In this document: piece after piece, positions 36,591-45,948 of the stretch | Numbering within the stretch: position 1 is the stretch's first letter | Layout: every line of letters begins with the position of its first letter | Source: Marmoricola sp. | GTDB taxonomy: Bacteria > Actinomycetota > Actinomycetes > Propionibacteriales > Nocardioidaceae | NCBI GenBank assembly: GCA_050699415.1 | Contig: JBOHDO010000135.1 | Location: forward strand, 112-64,111 | Length of the DNA stretch: 64,000 bases | Direction of reading: 5' to 3' | The notes under the pieces: generated by a model | Told to the model about the DNA's origin: nothing | What the model saw: only the letters and a program-made list of their open reading frames with translations | The model's database searches: none | Made by a program: the position numbers and the translations under genes

Positions 36591-37619
36591 TCAGCGGGAG
36601 GCCACCCGCGACAGCCGGGTGACCGGGGCCAGCGGCGCGTCCCCCGCTTCTGCCAGGTCGGCGGGTACGGGCGGGCCCTGGCGCATCAGGGCGCGCCACT
36701 GCGCACGGTGGTAGCGGGCCGGCTGGGAGTGCCGGATGAAGTCGTTGACCACGCGGACGAACCGCTTCGGGTGGTCGCGGTGGGGGAAGTGGCCGGCGTC
36801 GGCCATCACCTCGATGACCGCGCCCGGGGCGAGCCGCGCCGCGGTCTCGGCATGGCTGACCGGGATCACCCGGTCGTCGGCGCCCCAGACCACCAGCACC
36901 GGCATCGCCTCGGTGAGGTAGGCGCGGTCGGCCATCGTGATGACCTGTCCCTTCAGGTCCACCACGGCACGGACGACGTGCCGGATCGCCGCGCGAGTCG
37001 GCCGGTCCCGGAAGGAGTCGTAGATCTTCGCGACCTCGTCAAGGTCGCGGGCGGCCGCGAGCCCGCTGCCGTGCAGGGCCCGCATCACGGTCCTGCCCGC
37101 GTGGCGGATTCCCGGCAGCGTGGCCGCCGCCATGAACGGCTCGTAGCCGGGCAGGGTGACCGCGCGGATCAGCGGGCTCACCTCGGGGCCCAACCCACCC
37201 GGCGCGACCAGCACCAGCCGCTCCGTGCGCTCGGGGAACTGGTAGGCGAACTGCATCGCGACCCCACCGCCGAGGCTGTGGCCCACGACCGTGACCTTCT
37301 CGATCCCGAGCACCGTGAGCATGTCCCGTACGCCGTTGGCGAACCCGCCGACCGAGTAGTCCGCACGCGGCTTGGCGCTGGCGCCGTGGCCGAGCATGTC
37401 CGGGGCGATCACGGTGTAGTGGCGAGCGAGCTGCCAGATCACCGGGGACCAGGTGGTGTGGTCGCAGCCGAGCCCGTGCAGCAACAGCAGCGCGGGCGCG
37501 GTTCCCACCTCGGGGCCCAGCTGGACGTAGGCCCGGTCGTGGCCGTGGATGCGCACGTGCTGCACGACGGGGGGCAGGTTGCTCCGGGCGCGGCTGCGGC
37601 CCGTCGCGGTCGACGCCAT
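36591..37619 (-). CDS. Alpha/beta fold hydrolase
   Basis: LLHGLG, PDMLGHG, GHSLGGG nucleophile elbow, WGADD, AGHFPH. Confidence 0.93.
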   Translation of the reverse strand: MASTATGRSRARSNLPPVVQHVRIHGHDRAYVQLGPEVGTAPALLLLHGLGCDHTTWSPVIWQLARHYTVIAPDMLGHGASAKPRADYSVGGFANGVRDMLTVLGIEKVTVVGHSLGGGVAMQFAYQFPERTERLVLVAPGGLGPEVSPLIRAVTLPGYEPFMAAATLPGIRHAGRTVMRALHGSGLAAARDLDEVAKIYDSFRDRPTRAAIRHVVRAVVDLKGQVITMADRAYLTEAMPVLVVWGADDRVIPVSHAETAARLAPGAVIEVMADAGHFPHRDHPKRFVRVVNDFIRHSQPARYHRAQWRALMRQGPPVPADLAEAGDAPLAPVTRLSRVASR

Positions 37620-37656
37620 GGCCGGCTCCTCTCGGTGCGGGTCCGGCGAGTCAACC

Positions 37657-37668
37657 AGAACGTGTTCT
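37657..37668. promoter_or_regulatory. AGAAC-N2-GTTCT palindrome (KstR-like box) upstream of the hydrolase
   Basis: AGAACGTGTTCT; the same core recurs at 47110-47123. Confidence 0.5.
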
Positions 37669-37782
37669 CGATGTCGCGGACCACGTCACCGACCGAGGCG
37701 GCTTTGTGACCTTTCCCGCAGACGGACGTGGCCGGTGTGACAGACGTGACGGAAGTGACGAGTAGTCGGCGTCTCCGCGTCG

Positions 37783-38217
37783 TCAGGACGCCGGCGTACG
37801 CACCGTCCCGTAGGCGCGCGTCGGCGTCAGCCGTACCACGACCCGGTGCTCGGCCACCTGGGCGCGCCGGTAGTCGTCCCAGTCGGGGTGCTCGTGCCCG
37901 CTGACGCTCCGGTAGTACCGCACCAGCTCCTCGACCGCGGCGTCGTCCGGATACCGCGCCACCTCCGAGAGGGTCACCTCGCCCTCGATCACGACGTAGG
38001 ACCAGAAGCTCTCGCCGTCCACGTGCAGGGCAGCCCACGGCTCCCGCACCAGGTTCTTGTACTTCGCCCGGTCCGTGGTGGTGGAGATCCGCAAAACCCC
38101 GTCGCCTTCGAGCTGGTGCAGCACGTTCGAGAGCTGCGGTCTCCCGTCGCGGCGGATCGTGGTGAGCACCGACTGGTTGCGGGCACGAGCGACGGTCAGG
38201 GCGGTCTCGAGGTCCAT
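37783..38217 (-). CDS. PPOX-class F420-dependent oxidoreductase
   Basis: LTTIRRDGRPQLSNV, RAKYKNL..EPWAALHV, WDDYRRAQVAEHRVVVRL. Confidence 0.9.
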   Translation of the reverse strand: MDLETALTVARARNQSVLTTIRRDGRPQLSNVLHQLEGDGVLRISTTTDRAKYKNLVREPWAALHVDGESFWSYVVIEGEVTLSEVARYPDDAAVEELVRYYRSVSGHEHPDWDDYRRAQVAEHRVVVRLTPTRAYGTVRTPAS

Positions 38218-38274
38218 GACGGGGAAGCACCCGCCGGCGTCGACCTATTCCGGGCGCTTGCGGGAGGCGGCAGC

Positions 38275-38715
38275 ATGGCCGCCATGGACAAGTTCCACGC
38301 CGTCACCTGGGTGCAGCGGCGGATGCTGAACCCGCTGGTGCGCGCCGTCCTGGAGCGCCGGCTGCGGCTGCCCGGCTATGCACTGCTGGAGACGACGGGC
38401 CGACACAGTGGCCTGCCGCGCCGTACGCCGGTGGGCGACGGGGCGGTCGGAAGCACCTTCTGGGTGGTCTCCGAGCACGGTCGCAGGTCGGCGTACGTGC
38501 GCAACATCGCGGCCGACCCCCGCGTCCGGGTGTGCATCCGGGGGCGGTGGTACGCCGGCACCGCCCACCTGCTGCCCGCGGACGACCCCCGCGCCCGGCA
38601 GCGCGAGCTCGCCCGCCACCTGCCCGGCTCACAACTCAACGCGCTCGCGGTCCGCTCGATGGGAACCGACCTGCTCACCGTGCGGGTCGACCTCGACGCG
38701 CCGGCGGGTCCGTAG
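38275..38715 (+). CDS. Nitroreductase-family deazaflavin (F420)-dependent oxidoreductase (Ddn-like)
   Basis: LLETTGRHSGLPRRTPV, SAYVRNIAADPRVRV. Confidence 0.88.
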   Translation: MAAMDKFHAVTWVQRRMLNPLVRAVLERRLRLPGYALLETTGRHSGLPRRTPVGDGAVGSTFWVVSEHGRRSAYVRNIAADPRVRVCIRGRWYAGTAHLLPADDPRARQRELARHLPGSQLNALAVRSMGTDLLTVRVDLDAPAGP

Positions 38716-38725
38716 AGTCGCTGGT

Positions 38726-39892
38726 GTGACCGCCTCACCGCGAACCCGCCCCCGCGCCCGGATCGCGCAGCGGCTGCAGCGCTCGGTCGGCCGGCTCAGC
38801 ACGGCGTCATTGGCCAGGATGGAGCGTGACACGCCCTGGGTGGCCGAGCTGAGCGCCCAGGACCGCTCCCTGATCGGCCTGATCGTGCAGGCCGGGATCA
38901 AGGCCTTCGTGGAGTGGTACCGGGATCCCTCCCACGCCTCCCTCCTGCGGGCGGAGGTCTTCGGCGCCGCCCCGCGGGCGTTCGCCGGCGTGATCACGCT
39001 GCAGCAGACCGTGGAGCTGGTCCGGCTGTCGATCGAGGTGGTCGAGGAGAACCTCACCGACGTGGTCGGCGAGGAGGACGCCCGCGAGGTGCGGGCCGCC
39101 CTCGACACCTACGCACGGGAGGTCGCGTTCGCCACGGCAGAGGTCTACGCCCGCGCCGCCGAGCAGCGCGGCGCGTGGGACGCCCGGCTGGAGGCGCTGG
39201 TGGTGGACGCGCTGCTGCGCGGGGAGGATGGCAGCGCCGACCCCTCGCTGGCCTCGCGGGCGGGTGCGCTGGGCTGGAAGGGCCACGGCCGCGTGCTGGT
39301 GATGGCGGGCGGGCTCGGGGAGGCCAACGCCATCGACGACGTACGCCGGTTCGCCCATGACCAGGACCTCGACTGCCTGTGCGCGGTGCAGGACAACCGG
39401 TTCGTGGTGGTGCTGGGCGGGGTCACCGAGCACGGCGATCCCGCCCCCGGGCTGGCCCGCTTCTTCGCCTCGGGCCCCGTGGTGATCGGGCCGGTGGTTC
39501 CGGACCTGCCGTCGGCGTCCGCCTCGGCCGGTGCCGCCCTGTCGGGGCTCCGGGCGGTGCGCGGCTGGCCCGCAGCGCCGCGCCCGGTGACCGCCGGGGA
39601 GCTGCTGCCCGAACGCGCGCTCGCCGGGGACGACCGGGCGCGGGAAGCCCTGGTCCGTGACGTGTACGGCGTGCTGGAGGCCGCCGACCAGGTGGTGCTC
39701 GACACGGTGTGCGTCTACCTCGAGAACGGCTCGTCGATCGAGGGCACCGGGCGCGCCCTGTTCGTGCACCCCAACACCGTGCGCTACCGGCTGCGCCGGG
39801 CCGGGGAGCTGACCGGCCTGGCGGCGACCGACTCCCGTGACGCCTACACCCTGCGGGTGGCGCTGACGCTCGGACGGCTCGAGCACGGATAG
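38726..39892 (+). CDS. fasR: PucR-family fatty acid biosynthesis regulator (FasR/MabR-like)
   Basis: AREVAFATAEVYARAAEQRGAWDARLEALVVDA and C-terminal LFVHPNTVRYRL. Directly upstream of fabD; -10 TAGAGT at 38713. Confidence 0.9.
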   Translation: MTASPRTRPRARIAQRLQRSVGRLSTASLARMERDTPWVAELSAQDRSLIGLIVQAGIKAFVEWYRDPSHASLLRAEVFGAAPRAFAGVITLQQTVELVRLSIEVVEENLTDVVGEEDAREVRAALDTYAREVAFATAEVYARAAEQRGAWDARLEALVVDALLRGEDGSADPSLASRAGALGWKGHGRVLVMAGGLGEANAIDDVRRFAHDQDLDCLCAVQDNRFVVVLGGVTEHGDPAPGLARFFASGPVVIGPVVPDLPSASASAGAALSGLRAVRGWPAAPRPVTAGELLPERALAGDDRAREALVRDVYGVLEAADQVVLDTVCVYLENGSSIEGTGRALFVHPNTVRYRLRRAGELTGLAATDSRDAYTLRVALTLGRLEHG

Positions 39893-39908
39893 CCCGCGGC
39901 ACCCGGCG

Positions 39909-39925
39909 TTGTATGGTTCCCACAA
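39909..39925. promoter_or_regulatory. TTGT-N9-ACAA palindrome; candidate FasR/MabR operator of the fab operon
   Basis: TTGT-ATGGTTCCC-ACAA, matching the core of the mycobacterial MabR site as I recall it (TTTTGT-N9-ACAAAA). Confidence 0.7.
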
Positions 39926-39992
39926 AGAACGGCGGTCGCTTTCGTGCGCGCTGGATGCGCGCACGCCGCCCCGGACCCGGCAGAGTTGACAC

Positions 39993-41177
39993 GTGCTGAC
40001 CATCGTCGCCCCCGGACAGGGCTCCCAGACTCCTGGATTCCTCACCCCCTGGCTGGAGGACCCGGCCTTCCGGGCCAGGCTGGAGTGGCTGTCCACGGTG
40101 TCCGGGATGGACCTGGCCCACTACGGCACCGAGGCCGATGCGGAGCAGATCCGGGACACGGCGGTGGCACAACCCCTCCTGGTGGGCACCGGACTGGTCG
40201 CCGCGCTCTCCCTGTTCCCCCACCCGGCGGACGCGTTCGGGCGGATCGGGGCGGTCGCCGGTCACAGTGTCGGCGAGCTCACCGCGGCCGCCGGAGCCCG
40301 GGTGGTCACCGCCGAGCAGGCCATGGTGCTGGTCCGCGAACGAGGCAAGGCGATGGCTCACGCAGCCGCCGCCACGCCGACCGGGATGTCCGCGGTGCTC
40401 GGCGGCGACCCGGCAGAGGTGAGTGCCGTGCTTGCGCAGCACGGGCTCACCGCTGCCAACGTCAACGGCGCCGGTCAGGTGGTGGCCGCCGGAACCACCG
40501 AGCAGCTGGACCGGCTCGCCGAGGAGCCGCCGGCGGGCGCGCGGGTGCGCCCGCTCGCGGTCGCCGGCGCCTTCCACACCGAGCACATGACTCCGGCCGT
40601 GGCCGTGCTGACCCATCTCTCCCGGGCGGTGTCCACCCACGACCCGCGCACGCCGGTGATCAGCAACGCCGACGGCACGGTGGTCCACCACGGTCGCGAC
40701 GTCTTGACCCGGATCGTCGGCCAGGTCGGCAACCCGGTGCGCTGGGACCTGTGCATGCAGACCATGGCCGACCTCGGCGTCACCGGGGTGCTGGAGATGC
40801 CACCGGCCGGCACCCTCACGGGCCTGGCGCGGCGGGCCCTTCCGGGAGTGGAGACCTTCGCACTGAAGACGCCGGACCAGCTCGACGCCGCCCACGCCTT
40901 CGTGGAGCGGCACGGTACGCCGTCATCGATCGACACCACACCCACGTGGCGGCTGCTGGTGGCACCGACGAAGGGCACCTTCAAGCGCGCCGCGGCCGGC
41001 GAGGGTACGACGCTGGAGCCGACTGCCGAGGTCGGCACCGTGAACAGCCGGCGCGACACCACGCCGGTGGTCGCGCCGCACGGTGGCGTGATCGTGGAGT
41101 GGCTGGTCGAGGACGGCGACCTGGTCTCCCCCGGCCAGCCATTGGTACGCCTGCACCCCGAGGCGGTGGCACCATGA
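39993..41177 (+). CDS. fabD: Malonyl-CoA:ACP transacylase with a C-terminal biotinyl/lipoyl-carrier-like domain
   Basis: APGQGSQ, GHSVGE (active Ser), VAGAFHT, NPVRW, then about 75 aa LVAPTKGT...APHGGVIVEWLVEDGDLVSPGQPLVRL. Confidence 0.93.
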   Translation: MLTIVAPGQGSQTPGFLTPWLEDPAFRARLEWLSTVSGMDLAHYGTEADAEQIRDTAVAQPLLVGTGLVAALSLFPHPADAFGRIGAVAGHSVGELTAAAGARVVTAEQAMVLVRERGKAMAHAAAATPTGMSAVLGGDPAEVSAVLAQHGLTAANVNGAGQVVAAGTTEQLDRLAEEPPAGARVRPLAVAGAFHTEHMTPAVAVLTHLSRAVSTHDPRTPVISNADGTVVHHGRDVLTRIVGQVGNPVRWDLCMQTMADLGVTGVLEMPPAGTLTGLARRALPGVETFALKTPDQLDAAHAFVERHGTPSSIDTTPTWRLLVAPTKGTFKRAAAGEGTTLEPTAEVGTVNSRRDTTPVVAPHGGVIVEWLVEDGDLVSPGQPLVRLHPEAVAP

Positions 41178-41220
41178 GCGCGCCGGTGCGCGCCGAGGAC
41201 CGCTCCCGAGGCGTCTCGTC

Positions 41221-42225
41221 ATGAACGCCACCCTGACGGTGCCCGGCGGGCTGCGACACAGCGGCGTCCTGGGCCTGGGCCACCATCGCGCCGGCAGGCT
41301 GATCCACAACGACGAGATCGTCGGCCCCATCGATTCCAGCGACGAGTGGATCCGGCAGCGTTCGGGCATCATCGAGCGCCGCTGGGCGGGACCGGACGAG
41401 ACCGTGCAGTCCATGGCGGTGGCCGCCGCCCGGGACGCCCTGGCGGACGCGGGCATGCAGCCCGGCCAGGTCGACTGCGTCATCGTCGCGACGGTCTCGC
41501 ACATGCTGCAGACCCCGGCGGTGGCCTGCGCGGTCGCCCACGAGCTCGGCGCGACCACCGCAGCGGCCTTCGACATCTCCGCCGCCTGCGCCGGCTTCTG
41601 CCACGGGCTGGCGCTCGCCTCCGACCTGGTCCGGGCCGGATCCGCGGGCCGCGTGCTGGTGATCGGCGTGGAGCGGCTCTCCGACCTGACCAACCCCGAG
41701 GACCGGGGCACCGCGTTCATCTTCGCCGACGGTGCGGGGGCCGCCGTGGTCGGCCCCACGGAGGAGGCCGGCATCGGTCCGGTCGTGTGGGGCAGCGACG
41801 GGGAGAAGTTCGACTACATCCGGCAACGTGAGGACTGGCGCGACGTGGTCACCTCGGCCGAGCCGCTCATGCCGCACCTGGTGATGCAGGGCAAGGAGGT
41901 GTTCCGCTGGGCGGCGTACGAGATGGCGAAGGTCGCGCAGCAGACCCTGGAGCGCTCCGGCATCACCGCCGACGACCTCGACGTCTTCGTGCCGCACCAG
42001 GCCAACATGCGGATCATCGACGCCATGGCGCGCGCCATGAGGCTGCCCGACCACGTCCGCATCTCGCGGGACATCGCCCACCAGGGCAACGCCTCGGCGG
42101 CGTCGGTGCCGCTGGCGCTGCGGCAGATGGTCAAGGACGGCGAGGCACACAGCGGCGACCTCGCCCTGCTGATCGCCTTCGGCGCCGGCCTGGCGTACGC
42201 CGCCCAGGTGGTGCGCGTGCCCTGA
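41221..42225 (+). CDS. fabH: Beta-ketoacyl-ACP synthase III
   Basis: SSDEWIRQRSGI, AACAGF (Cys), FADGAGA, PHQAN, GNASAAS. Confidence 0.96.
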   Translation: MNATLTVPGGLRHSGVLGLGHHRAGRLIHNDEIVGPIDSSDEWIRQRSGIIERRWAGPDETVQSMAVAAARDALADAGMQPGQVDCVIVATVSHMLQTPAVACAVAHELGATTAAAFDISAACAGFCHGLALASDLVRAGSAGRVLVIGVERLSDLTNPEDRGTAFIFADGAGAAVVGPTEEAGIGPVVWGSDGEKFDYIRQREDWRDVVTSAEPLMPHLVMQGKEVFRWAAYEMAKVAQQTLERSGITADDLDVFVPHQANMRIIDAMARAMRLPDHVRISRDIAHQGNASAASVPLALRQMVKDGEAHSGDLALLIAFGAGLAYAAQVVRVP

Positions 42226-42329
42226 CGCACTGCGCCACCTGCTCGCCCCCGAGGGCACGACAGGACTACGGTCCGAACAGACTGACAACCACTGCACAAC
42301 CACCGTTGCACCCAAGGAGAGGAAACCAG

Positions 42330-42578
42330 ATGAGCACCGAGGAGATCCGCGCGGAGCTGGCCGAGATCGTCAACGAGGTCACCGGCATCCCCGCCGACGA
42401 CGTCCAGCTCGAGAAGTCGTTCACCGACGACCTCGACGTGGACTCGTTGTCGATGGTCGAGGTCGTGGTCGCGGCCGAGGAGAAGTTCGACGTGAAGATC
42501 CCCGACGAGGAGGTCAAGAACCTCAAGACGGTCGGCGACGCGGTCAACTACATCGAGAAGGCCGCCAGCGCGGCCTGA
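42330..42578 (+). CDS. acpP: Acyl carrier protein
   Basis: DLDVDSLSMVE (phosphopantetheine Ser); SD AGGAGAGGA. Confidence 0.97.
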   Translation: MSTEEIRAELAEIVNEVTGIPADDVQLEKSFTDDLDVDSLSMVEVVVAAEEKFDVKIPDEEVKNLKTVGDAVNYIEKAASAA

Positions 42579-42626
42579 CCCGGCGTCCGGTACCGACCGA
42601 CGCACGGGAACAGGGAGGGAAGCAGC

Positions 42627-43877
42627 ATGAGTCGTCGACGCGTGGTGGTCACCGGGATGGGCACCACCAGCCCGCTGGGTGGTGAGGTCCCGAGCACCTG
42701 GGAGGCCATGGTGGCCGGCAGGTCCGGGGTCCGGCAGCTGTCGCAGGACTGGGCCGAGGACCTCCCGGTCAGGATCGCCGGCACCGTCGCGGTGGAGCCG
42801 ACCGACGTCCTCGAGCGGGTCCGGGCACGGCGGCTGGACCGCACCTCCCAGCTGGCCATGGTGGCCGCCGAGGAGGCCTGGGCCGACGCCGGGCTCGACG
42901 ACGTCGACGACGGCGCCGTGGCCCCCGAGCGGCTCGGGGTCGCGGTCGCCTCGGGCATCGGCGGCGTGATCACGCTGCTGAGCAGCTACGACACCTTGAA
43001 GGAGAAGGGGCCGCGGCGGGTGTCGCCGCTCGCCGTACCGATGCTGATGCCCAACGCCGCCGCGGCGAGCATCAGCCTCCGTTTCCGCGCGCGGGCGGGC
43101 GCGCACACGCCGGTCTCGGCATGCGCGTCCGGCAACGAGGGGGTCGCGCTGGCGGTGGACCAGATCCGGCTCGGCCGCGCCGACGTGATGCTCGCCGGCG
43201 GCACCGAGGCAGCGATCCATCCGCTGCCCATCGCGGCGTTCGCGAACATGATGGCGCTGTCGAAGAGCACGGCCGACCCGACCACGGTCTCCCGGCCCTG
43301 GGACACCGGCCGCGACGGGTTCGTGCTCGGCGAGGGGGCCGGCGTCCTGGTGCTGGAGGAGCTCGAGCGAGCCAGGGCCCGTGGCGCGCGGATCTACGGC
43401 GAGGTGCTCGGCGCCGGCATCACCAGCGACGCCCACGACATCGCCCAGCCCGACCCGGAGGGTCGCGGCGGCACCCGGGCGATCCAGCTGGCGCTGGAGG
43501 ACGCCGACCTCTCACCCGGCGACGTCGTGCACGTCAACGCCCACGCCACCTCCACCCCGCTGGGCGACGTGGCCGAGGGCCTGATGCTGCACGCGACCCT
43601 GGGCAAGTACGCCGACGAGGTCGTGGTCACCAGCACCAAGTCCATGACCGGCCACCTGCTCGGCGGCGCCGGGGCACTGGAGTCGATCGCGACCGTGCTG
43701 GCCCTGTACCACCGGCTCGCCCCGCCCACGATCAACCTCGACGAGCGCGACCCGAAGGTCGAGCTGGACATCCCCACCACCGCCCGGGAGCTGCCCTCCG
43801 GTGACATCTCGGGGCTGAACAACTCCTTCGGGTTCGGCGGCGCCAACGTCACCGTGGCGTTCGGGACCCTCGCGTGA
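42627..43877 (+). CDS. fabF: Beta-ketoacyl-ACP synthase II
   Basis: VVVTGMG, SACASG (Cys), GFVLGEG, NAHATST, TGHLLG, NNSFGFGG. Confidence 0.96.
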   Translation: MSRRRVVVTGMGTTSPLGGEVPSTWEAMVAGRSGVRQLSQDWAEDLPVRIAGTVAVEPTDVLERVRARRLDRTSQLAMVAAEEAWADAGLDDVDDGAVAPERLGVAVASGIGGVITLLSSYDTLKEKGPRRVSPLAVPMLMPNAAAASISLRFRARAGAHTPVSACASGNEGVALAVDQIRLGRADVMLAGGTEAAIHPLPIAAFANMMALSKSTADPTTVSRPWDTGRDGFVLGEGAGVLVLEELERARARGARIYGEVLGAGITSDAHDIAQPDPEGRGGTRAIQLALEDADLSPGDVVHVNAHATSTPLGDVAEGLMLHATLGKYADEVVVTSTKSMTGHLLGGAGALESIATVLALYHRLAPPTINLDERDPKVELDIPTTARELPSGDISGLNNSFGFGGANVTVAFGTLA

Positions 43878-45364
43878 GCACGGTTGCGGACGGTGCCGGG
43901 TCGGGCTCGGCGGCCCCGGCCGGGCCCGGCGGTGGTTCCACGGGCGCCGAGGCGGCACCTCCGCCGCCCCGGAAGACCAAGACCGAGGACCCGCGTCACC
44001 CGCTGCACCGGCTGGCCGCCCTGTTCGACGAGGGCACGCTCGAGCCGATCACCCCGGTCGACGACTCCGGCATGCTCGCGGCGGTCGGCCGGGTGCGCGG
44101 CATGGGTGCGGTGGCGTTCTGCTCCGACCCGACCGTGATGGGCGGCGCGATGGGCGACGAGGGCTGCCGGGTCGTGGTCGAGGCCTACCAGCGCGCCCTC
44201 ACCGACCGGGTCCCGATCATCGGCCTGTGGCACTCCGGCGGTGCGCGGCTGGCCGAGGGCGTGCTCTCCCTGGACGCCGTGGGCCGGATCTTCCACGCGA
44301 TGACCCGGGCCTCCGGCGTGATCCCGCAGGTCTCGGTCGTGCTCGGACCGGCCGCGGGCGGGGCGGCGTACGGCCCGGCGCTGACCGACGTGGTGGTCCT
44401 CGGCCCGGACGGTCGCATCTTCGTGACCGGGCCCGACGTGGTCCGCTCGGTCACCGGCGAGGACGTCGACATGCTGCGGCTGGGCGGGCCCGAGCCGCAC
44501 GGACGGCGTTCCGGCGTGGTCCACGTGCTCACCGAGTCCGAGGAGGAGGCGCTGGAGCGCGCCGCCACGATCGCGCACCTGCTCGGCGCCCAGGGCACCC
44601 TCGACGTGGCCGCGGTCGAGGACCGCGACCTCGGGGCGTCGCTGCCGGACTCACCGAAGCGGGCGTACGACGTGCACCCGTTGGTGGACTCCGTGCTCGA
44701 CGAGGGCACCATGACCGAGCTGCACACCCGCTGGGCGCCCAACATCGTCACCGCGCTGGGTCGTCTGGGCGGCCGCAGCATCGGCGTGATCGCCAACAAC
44801 CCGTTGCGGCTCGGCGGCTGCCTGGACTCGTTGTCGGCCGAGAAGGCCTCAAGGTTCGTGCGGATGTGCGACGCGTTCGGGGTCCCACTGGTGGTGCTGG
44901 TCGATGTCCCCGGCTACCTGCCGGGGGTCGGCCAGGAGTGGGACGGCGTGGTACGCCGCGGCGCCAAGCTGCTGCACGCCTTCGCCGAGTGCGTGGTGCC
45001 GCGGGTCACCGTGATCACCCGAAAGACCTACGGCGGGGCCTACATCGCGATGAACTCCCGTGCACTGGGAGCCACCCGGGTGCTGGCCTGGCCGGGAGCC
45101 GAGGTGGCCGTGATGGGCGCGGTGGCCGCGGTCCGCATCCTGCACCGCCGCAAGCTGGCCGACCTCGCCCCCGAGATCCGCCCGCAGGTCGAGGCCGACC
45201 TGGCCGAGGAGCACACCCGGCTCGCCGGCGGCGTCGACAAGGCGGTCGAGATCGGCGTGGTCGACGAGATCGTCACCCCTGACACCACCCGCTCGGCGAT
45301 AGTCCGCGCGATCGCCGAGGCCGGCCTGGTCTCCCGTGGGCAGCACGGCAACATCCCGCTGTAA
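43874..45364 (+). CDS. accD: Acyl-CoA carboxylase carboxyltransferase (beta) subunit, AccD6-like
   Basis: SGGARLAEG, GPAAGGAAY, TGPDVV, DVPGYLPG, HGNIPL terminus. Confidence 0.93.
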   Translation: MSTVADGAGSGSAAPAGPGGGSTGAEAAPPPPRKTKTEDPRHPLHRLAALFDEGTLEPITPVDDSGMLAAVGRVRGMGAVAFCSDPTVMGGAMGDEGCRVVVEAYQRALTDRVPIIGLWHSGGARLAEGVLSLDAVGRIFHAMTRASGVIPQVSVVLGPAAGGAAYGPALTDVVVLGPDGRIFVTGPDVVRSVTGEDVDMLRLGGPEPHGRRSGVVHVLTESEEEALERAATIAHLLGAQGTLDVAAVEDRDLGASLPDSPKRAYDVHPLVDSVLDEGTMTELHTRWAPNIVTALGRLGGRSIGVIANNPLRLGGCLDSLSAEKASRFVRMCDAFGVPLVVLVDVPGYLPGVGQEWDGVVRRGAKLLHAFAECVVPRVTVITRKTYGGAYIAMNSRALGATRVLAWPGAEVAVMGAVAAVRILHRRKLADLAPEIRPQVEADLAEEHTRLAGGVDKAVEIGVVDEIVTPDTTRSAIVRAIAEAGLVSRGQHGNIPL

Positions 45365-45432
45365 GGCCGTCGTCGGCTACTCGACCTCCAGCGCGTGCCT
45401 CTCCGGCCGGCTCGGCCGGCGAGAGAGGCGCG

Positions 45433-45948
45433 TCAGACGACCTGGTGCAGCCAGCGCACCGGAGCGCCCTCGCCCGCGTGCCGGAAGGTCTCCAGCTCGT
45501 CGTCCCAGGGCTTGCCGAGCAGCTTGTCGATCTCCAGGGGCAGCGAGGCGTCACCGAGGGCGGTCTTGACCACCGCGGCCTTGAGCCGGTCCTCGGGGAT
45601 CATGATGTCGCCGTGCAGCCCGGTGACGGCGTGGAAGACGCCCAGGTCCGGCGCGTAGGAGTAGCGGGCACCCTCGGTGGTGGCCGTGGGCTCCTCGGTG
45701 ATCTCGAAGCGCAGGTGGTTCCAGCCGCGCAGCGCCGAGGTGATCGCGGCCGCGGTCCCGGCGTCACCGGTCCAGGAGTACTCCGCGCGATGGGTGCCGG
45801 CCTGGGCGGGCTGCGGGGTCCACTCCAGGTTCACGGCGAGCCCGAACACGCCGCCGGCGGCCCACTCCACGTGTGGGCACAGCGCAGACGGCGCCGAGTG
45901 GACGTAGAACACGCCACGCGTCGCGGTGCCAGTAGACGGGCGAGACAT
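45433..45948 (-). CDS. DUF3145 family protein
   Basis: RGVFYVHSAPSALCPHVEWA, LRFEITEE, GKPWDDELETFRHAGEGAPVRWLHQV. GGAGG 7 nt before the ATG. Confidence 0.93.
   Translation of the reverse strand: MSRPSTGTATRGVFYVHSAPSALCPHVEWAAGGVFGLAVNLEWTPQPAQAGTHRAEYSWTGDAGTAAAITSALRGWNHLRFEITEEPTATTEGARYSYAPDLGVFHAVTGLHGDIMIPEDRLKAAVVKTALGDASLPLEIDKLLGKPWDDELETFRHAGEGAPVRWLHQVV

Noticed and set aside
37657-37668. LexA (SOS) box
   Set aside because: The spacer between GAAC and GTTC is 2 nt, not the 4 nt of actinobacterial SOS boxes.
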